Shown piece after piece: positions 59,201 to 62,542 of a stretch of DNA of 62,542 bases. The notes beneath the pieces are model-generated. The model made no database searches. It was not told the origin of the DNA and was given only the letters and a program-made list of their open reading frames with translations. The stretch is taken from NCBI GenBank assembly GCA_905178155.1, contig CAJINV010000006.1, forward strand, positions 203,212 to 265,753, written 5' to 3'. Made by a program: the position numbers and the translations under genes. Position 1 is the stretch's first letter; every line of letters begins with the position of its first letter. This stretch comes from Amoebophrya sp. A120 (taxonomy: Eukaryota > Protista > Dinoflagellata).

Positions 59201-61532
59201 AGCGTCCCCCTTGTTTGGCTACGGGCAGAGGCCCTACTAAGCGAAGCCGTCGCCCGATGGCACGGCGCGAAATTTTCTACGGGCACCCGTACAGAAACTG
59301 GTAGCCGGCCACTTCCGGCAAAGCGTCCCCCTTGTTTGGCTACGGGCAGAGGCCCTACTAAGCGAAGCCGTCGCCCGATGGCACGGCGCGAAATTTTCTA
59401 CGGGCACCCGTACAGAAACTGGTAGCCGGCCACTTCCGGCAAAGCGTCCCCCTTGTTTGGCTACGGGCAGAGGCCCTACTAAGCGAAGCCGTCGCCCGAT
59501 GGCACGGCGCGAAATTTTCTACGGGCACCCGTACAGAAACTGGTAGCCGGCCACTTCCGGCAAAGCGTCCCCCTTGTTTGGCTACGGGCAGAGGCCCTAC
59601 TAAGCGAAGCCGTCGCCCGATGGCACGGCGCGAAATTTTCTACGGGCACCCGTACAGAAACTGGTAGCCGGCCACTTCCGGCAAAGCGTCCCCCTTGTTT
59701 GGCTACGGGCAGAGGCCCTACTAAGCGAAGCCGTCGCCCGATGGCACGGCGCGAAATTTTCTACGGGCACCCGTACAGAAACTGGTAGCCGGCCACTTCC
59801 GGCAAAGCGTCCCCCTTGTTTGGCTACGGGCAGAGGCCCTACTAAGCGAAGCCGTCGCCCGATGGCACGGCGCGAAATTTTCTACGGGCACCCGTACAGA
59901 AACTGGTAGCCGGCCACTTCCGGCAAAGCGTCCCCCTTGTTTGGCTACGGGCAGAGGCCCTACTAAGCGAAGCCGTCGCCCGATGGCACGGCGCGAAATT
60001 TTCTACGGGCACCCGTGCAGAAACTGGCAGCCGGCCACTTCCGGCAAAGCGTCCCCCTTGTTTGGCTACGGGCAGCGGCCCGACTAAGCGAAGCCGTCGC
60101 CCGATGACACGGCGCGAAATTTTCTACGGGCACCCGTACAGAAACTGGCAGCCGGCCACTTCCGGCAAAGCGTCCCCCTTGCTTGTTTGGCTACGGGCAG
60201 AGGCCCTACCAAGCGAAGCCGTCGCCCGATGACACGGCGCGAAATTTTCTACGGGCACCCGCACAGAAACTGGTAGCCGGCCACGTCCGGCAAAGCTTCC
60301 CCCTTGTTTGGCTACGGGCAGAGGCCCTACTAAGCGGAGCCGTCGCCCGATGGCGCGGCGCGAAATTTTCTACGAGCACCCGCGCAGAAACTGGTAGCCG
60401 GCCACTTCCGGCAGAGAAAGCCTCGCCCTGGTTTGGCTACGGGCAGAGGCCCTACTAAGCGAAGCCTTCGCCCGATGGCACGGCGCGAAATTTTCTACGG
60501 GCACCCTTGCAGAAACTGGCAGCCGGCCACTTCCGGCAAAGCTTCCCCCTTGCTTGGCTACGGGCAGAGGCCCTACGAAGCTATAATTGTGTACACACAG
60601 TGCTGTAATTGTGAATCACAGACTTCAATCATTGTATTGCATTCCTTGCACCACAGATTTCCACCGACGCAGCTTTTTCCTTCGCATACAAAGTATCCAT
60701 TTTAGCATGGTACTCCGTGCAGGCGAAGAGCCAATGCATGGAGGCGAGGGCAAAAACCGTGTCGTATCGGTTTGCGTTTTCGCTTGCCCCGTGCAGAAAG
60801 AGAGATTGGTCGTGGAGGAAGCTGATAATTTTGGTTTTCTTCGTGTTCTTCCCTGCAGGAGTTTTTGTCGTGCTGCTGCTGGGAGCAGCTTCTAAACCCA
60901 TCATCTTTTCCAGTTCCGGATACACGTTTCGATGAAATTTTATGGCGTTCTCAACTGGTACATTCTCAACTGTTACATGGATTTGTGATGCAAGAATCGC
61001 AACAGTCAAAGAGGCAAGCTTGCTGCGTTCGCATCACAGACTTGGCACAGATCATTTAGATGCTGTTTAGCCTCTCGGAGATTTGTCATGCGAAGCAGCT
61101 TGATCATCTGGCGGCTTAAGGTAGTCTTGCATGACAAATTTATGGATACAGTTGAGAATGTAACGTGTTGAGAATGCGATAAATTTCGTGTCCTTCTCAA
61201 ACCCGACGGCTTGTTCCGCTTTCCCATAGAGTACCGCATCCAGGAAAAAAAGTGTGTCAGTGTAACTTCCTATGGAGGAACAGCATCACAAATTTGCTCT
61301 GCATGACAGAGAAAACGACCTCTCATGCGTAAAGGTAGTAATATCAGTGAAGAAACTAAAAATACGAGAAGAACCTCTGCTGCATGTACTCCTACTCAGC
61401 ATGACAAGTGGAGCTGTCTTGCATCCTCCGCAACACAAACTTACACTTCTTACACAGCTTTTTTTTTGCATATACCGCTGTCAAGGTGTACAACCCCGCG
61501 TTGGCTCCGACGTCAAAAACTTTCTTTCGAAG
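56203..61532 (-). CDS. Class I SAM-dependent methyltransferase, 5'-incomplete
   Basis: After introner removal: KKVFDVGANAGLYTL (motif I), AVGFEKD (motif II), YDTVFALASMHW (motif IV), DGALLIEW, HPRRLYYASGK, stop at 56203-56205. Confidence 0.8.
56304..56453. mobile_element. Introner, family C, 150 bp
   Basis: TIR; perfect TSD ttcca. Confidence 0.9.
56544..56822. mobile_element. Introner, family F, 279 bp
   Basis: ~34-bp TIR; perfect TSD accac. Confidence 0.93.
57001..60688. mobile_element. Introner, family E, expanded to 3,688 bp by an internal satellite
   Basis: Ends tatcgcgagaaaaaactgtgt / acgcagctttttccttcgcata; flanks ccagg/caaag (3/5); removal gives AKMDT(L/W)IGLYTAF in frame. Confidence 0.75.
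57137..60576. repeat. Satellite array, 121-bp unit, ~28 copies
   Basis: Period 121 (e.g. 58021 vs 58142); central copies identical, edge copies variant. Confidence 0.97.
60941..61181. mobile_element. Introner, family D, 241 bp
   Basis: TIR; perfect TSD aattt; homologous to 46827-47069. Confidence 0.92.
61237..61472. mobile_element. Introner, family E-like, 236 bp
   Basis: Left end CAT; perfect TSD taccg; frame restored (TAVLYGK). Confidence 0.85.
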
Positions 61533-61581
61533 TATCCTGTGCAAAAGTATCGCACTCGCACTAATTGCATTTATGCATGCA
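61533..61581. mobile_element. One end of a family C introner, followed by unrelated sequence
   Basis: tatcctgtgcaaaagtatcgcactcg matches family C ends; partner TIR not in window. Confidence 0.7.
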
Positions 61582-62542
61582 GTGTCCTAGGGTGGGTCAT
61601 GGACTAGAGTGCTGCAAAGTATGGTTGTAAAAATTTGCAGATTGCTGTCCTAACGTGTGCAACATGAGAAGCACGCACCTCGCACGGGAGTTCCAAAATG
61701 TTTTACAAGACTGCAAAAGAAAAGACCGAGCATGACGGATTATGCAAGTGTTTCAAACTCTCTCGCAGGGCCCACCCTAGGCATTTATACATAAGTACAC
61801 CCTAGGCCCGCATGCGGATGACGGAAAAACCGAAGCAAAAAGCACAGGCGAAAGAGAACAGGAATTGCTCTCGTGCCTGGCGCTGATAGCTGCGCGAGGA
61901 TCGTGACTGCCACAAAACTGCAGCGCTTTTTGTGTTTTGCAGTGCGCATTTGTGTACGTGATGGCCGTGAAACAGAGTCACTGTTTTGGCAAAGAGCAAG
62001 AGCAAGCGCTATGGGACCGAATGAAAAAAAAAGCAAAGGCAAAAAACTTCTGCTTGGCTATCAGGGTGCGCAACATTGCCACGCATGAGCGAGCAACGAA
62101 CGAGGGGGCCGGCGCGCTTCTCTGCCGATGGACCGGCGCGCGCGAAAAAGAAGCGCGACAACAGAGCTGCGCGGCAAGCTTGCGAAAAAAAGACGCGCGC
62201 TTGCTTTCGGACACAGACGGAACGCCACACAGCACAGGCGAGAAGCCGAATCCAACCATGCACACTGGGGCGCCCGGCGTGGGGAAAAGACCAAAATGCG
62301 CGCCGACGTGCTGGCGCGCAGGCAAAGAAACACACCATTGCGCGGGGCACCAAAGCTGGGGGCCCCCTTAGGGCGCAGGGGAAACAAACAGCGGGCACCC
62401 CCGCAGGCCGAACAGGGTGCGAAGGGAAGCGCCCGCCCCCGGCGCGGGCCCATGCCCTTACACAACCACACACAGCCACCAAGGTAGGCGGCGCCCGCCT
62501 GTGCTGGTGGGTGCTGTTACGGGGGGGGGGGGGGGGGGGGGG

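Noticed and set aside
57137-60576. CRISPR array
   Set aside because: Whole 121-bp units repeat with no unique spacers, no cas genes, and the context is eukaryotic.
57137-60576. 5S rRNA array (unit length ~120)
   Set aside because: No recognisable 5S sequence, spacer or Pol III terminator.
62519-62542. Telomere or functional G-tract
   Set aside because: A pure G run at the sequence end is more likely a sequencing or assembly artefact; there is no telomeric repeat unit.

Overview
Eukaryotic genomic DNA, most likely from a Syndiniales dinoflagellate such as Amoebophrya (inferred from the intron type). Every gene I can reconstruct is on the minus strand. Outside 19.4-46.3 kb the genes are broken up by about 45 distinct, mostly 145-330 bp, MITE-like introner elements. 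These have terminal inverted repeats (TIRs) with TAT...ATA ends and a 5-bp target-site duplication (TSD), fall into at least 8 TIR families, and lack consistent GT-AG borders. Removing element plus one TSD copy restores reading frames for a PCNA-like clamp (103-3282), a ~1,900-aa low-complexity protein with 30 introners (4161-~18.2 kb), an Mps1/TTK-like kinase, a 252-aa hypothetical protein and a class I SAM methyltransferase. An 8,025-bp unit (10673-18697) is tandemly duplicated, and the second copy is split inside one introner by a 26.9-kb block (19379-46278) bounded by a perfect 18-bp inverted repeat. That block is nearly introner-free and has no recognisable transposase. It carries orphan genes, a kinase-TM-stalk protein and three copies of an unrecognised Trp/Cys-rich domain, one cut at the right-hand repeat. 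Also present: a probable solo LTR inside an introner, a 121-bp satellite inside an introner, a ~308-bp tandem array, a 100-N gap and a terminal poly-G. All calls come from reading the sequence; no database search was run.
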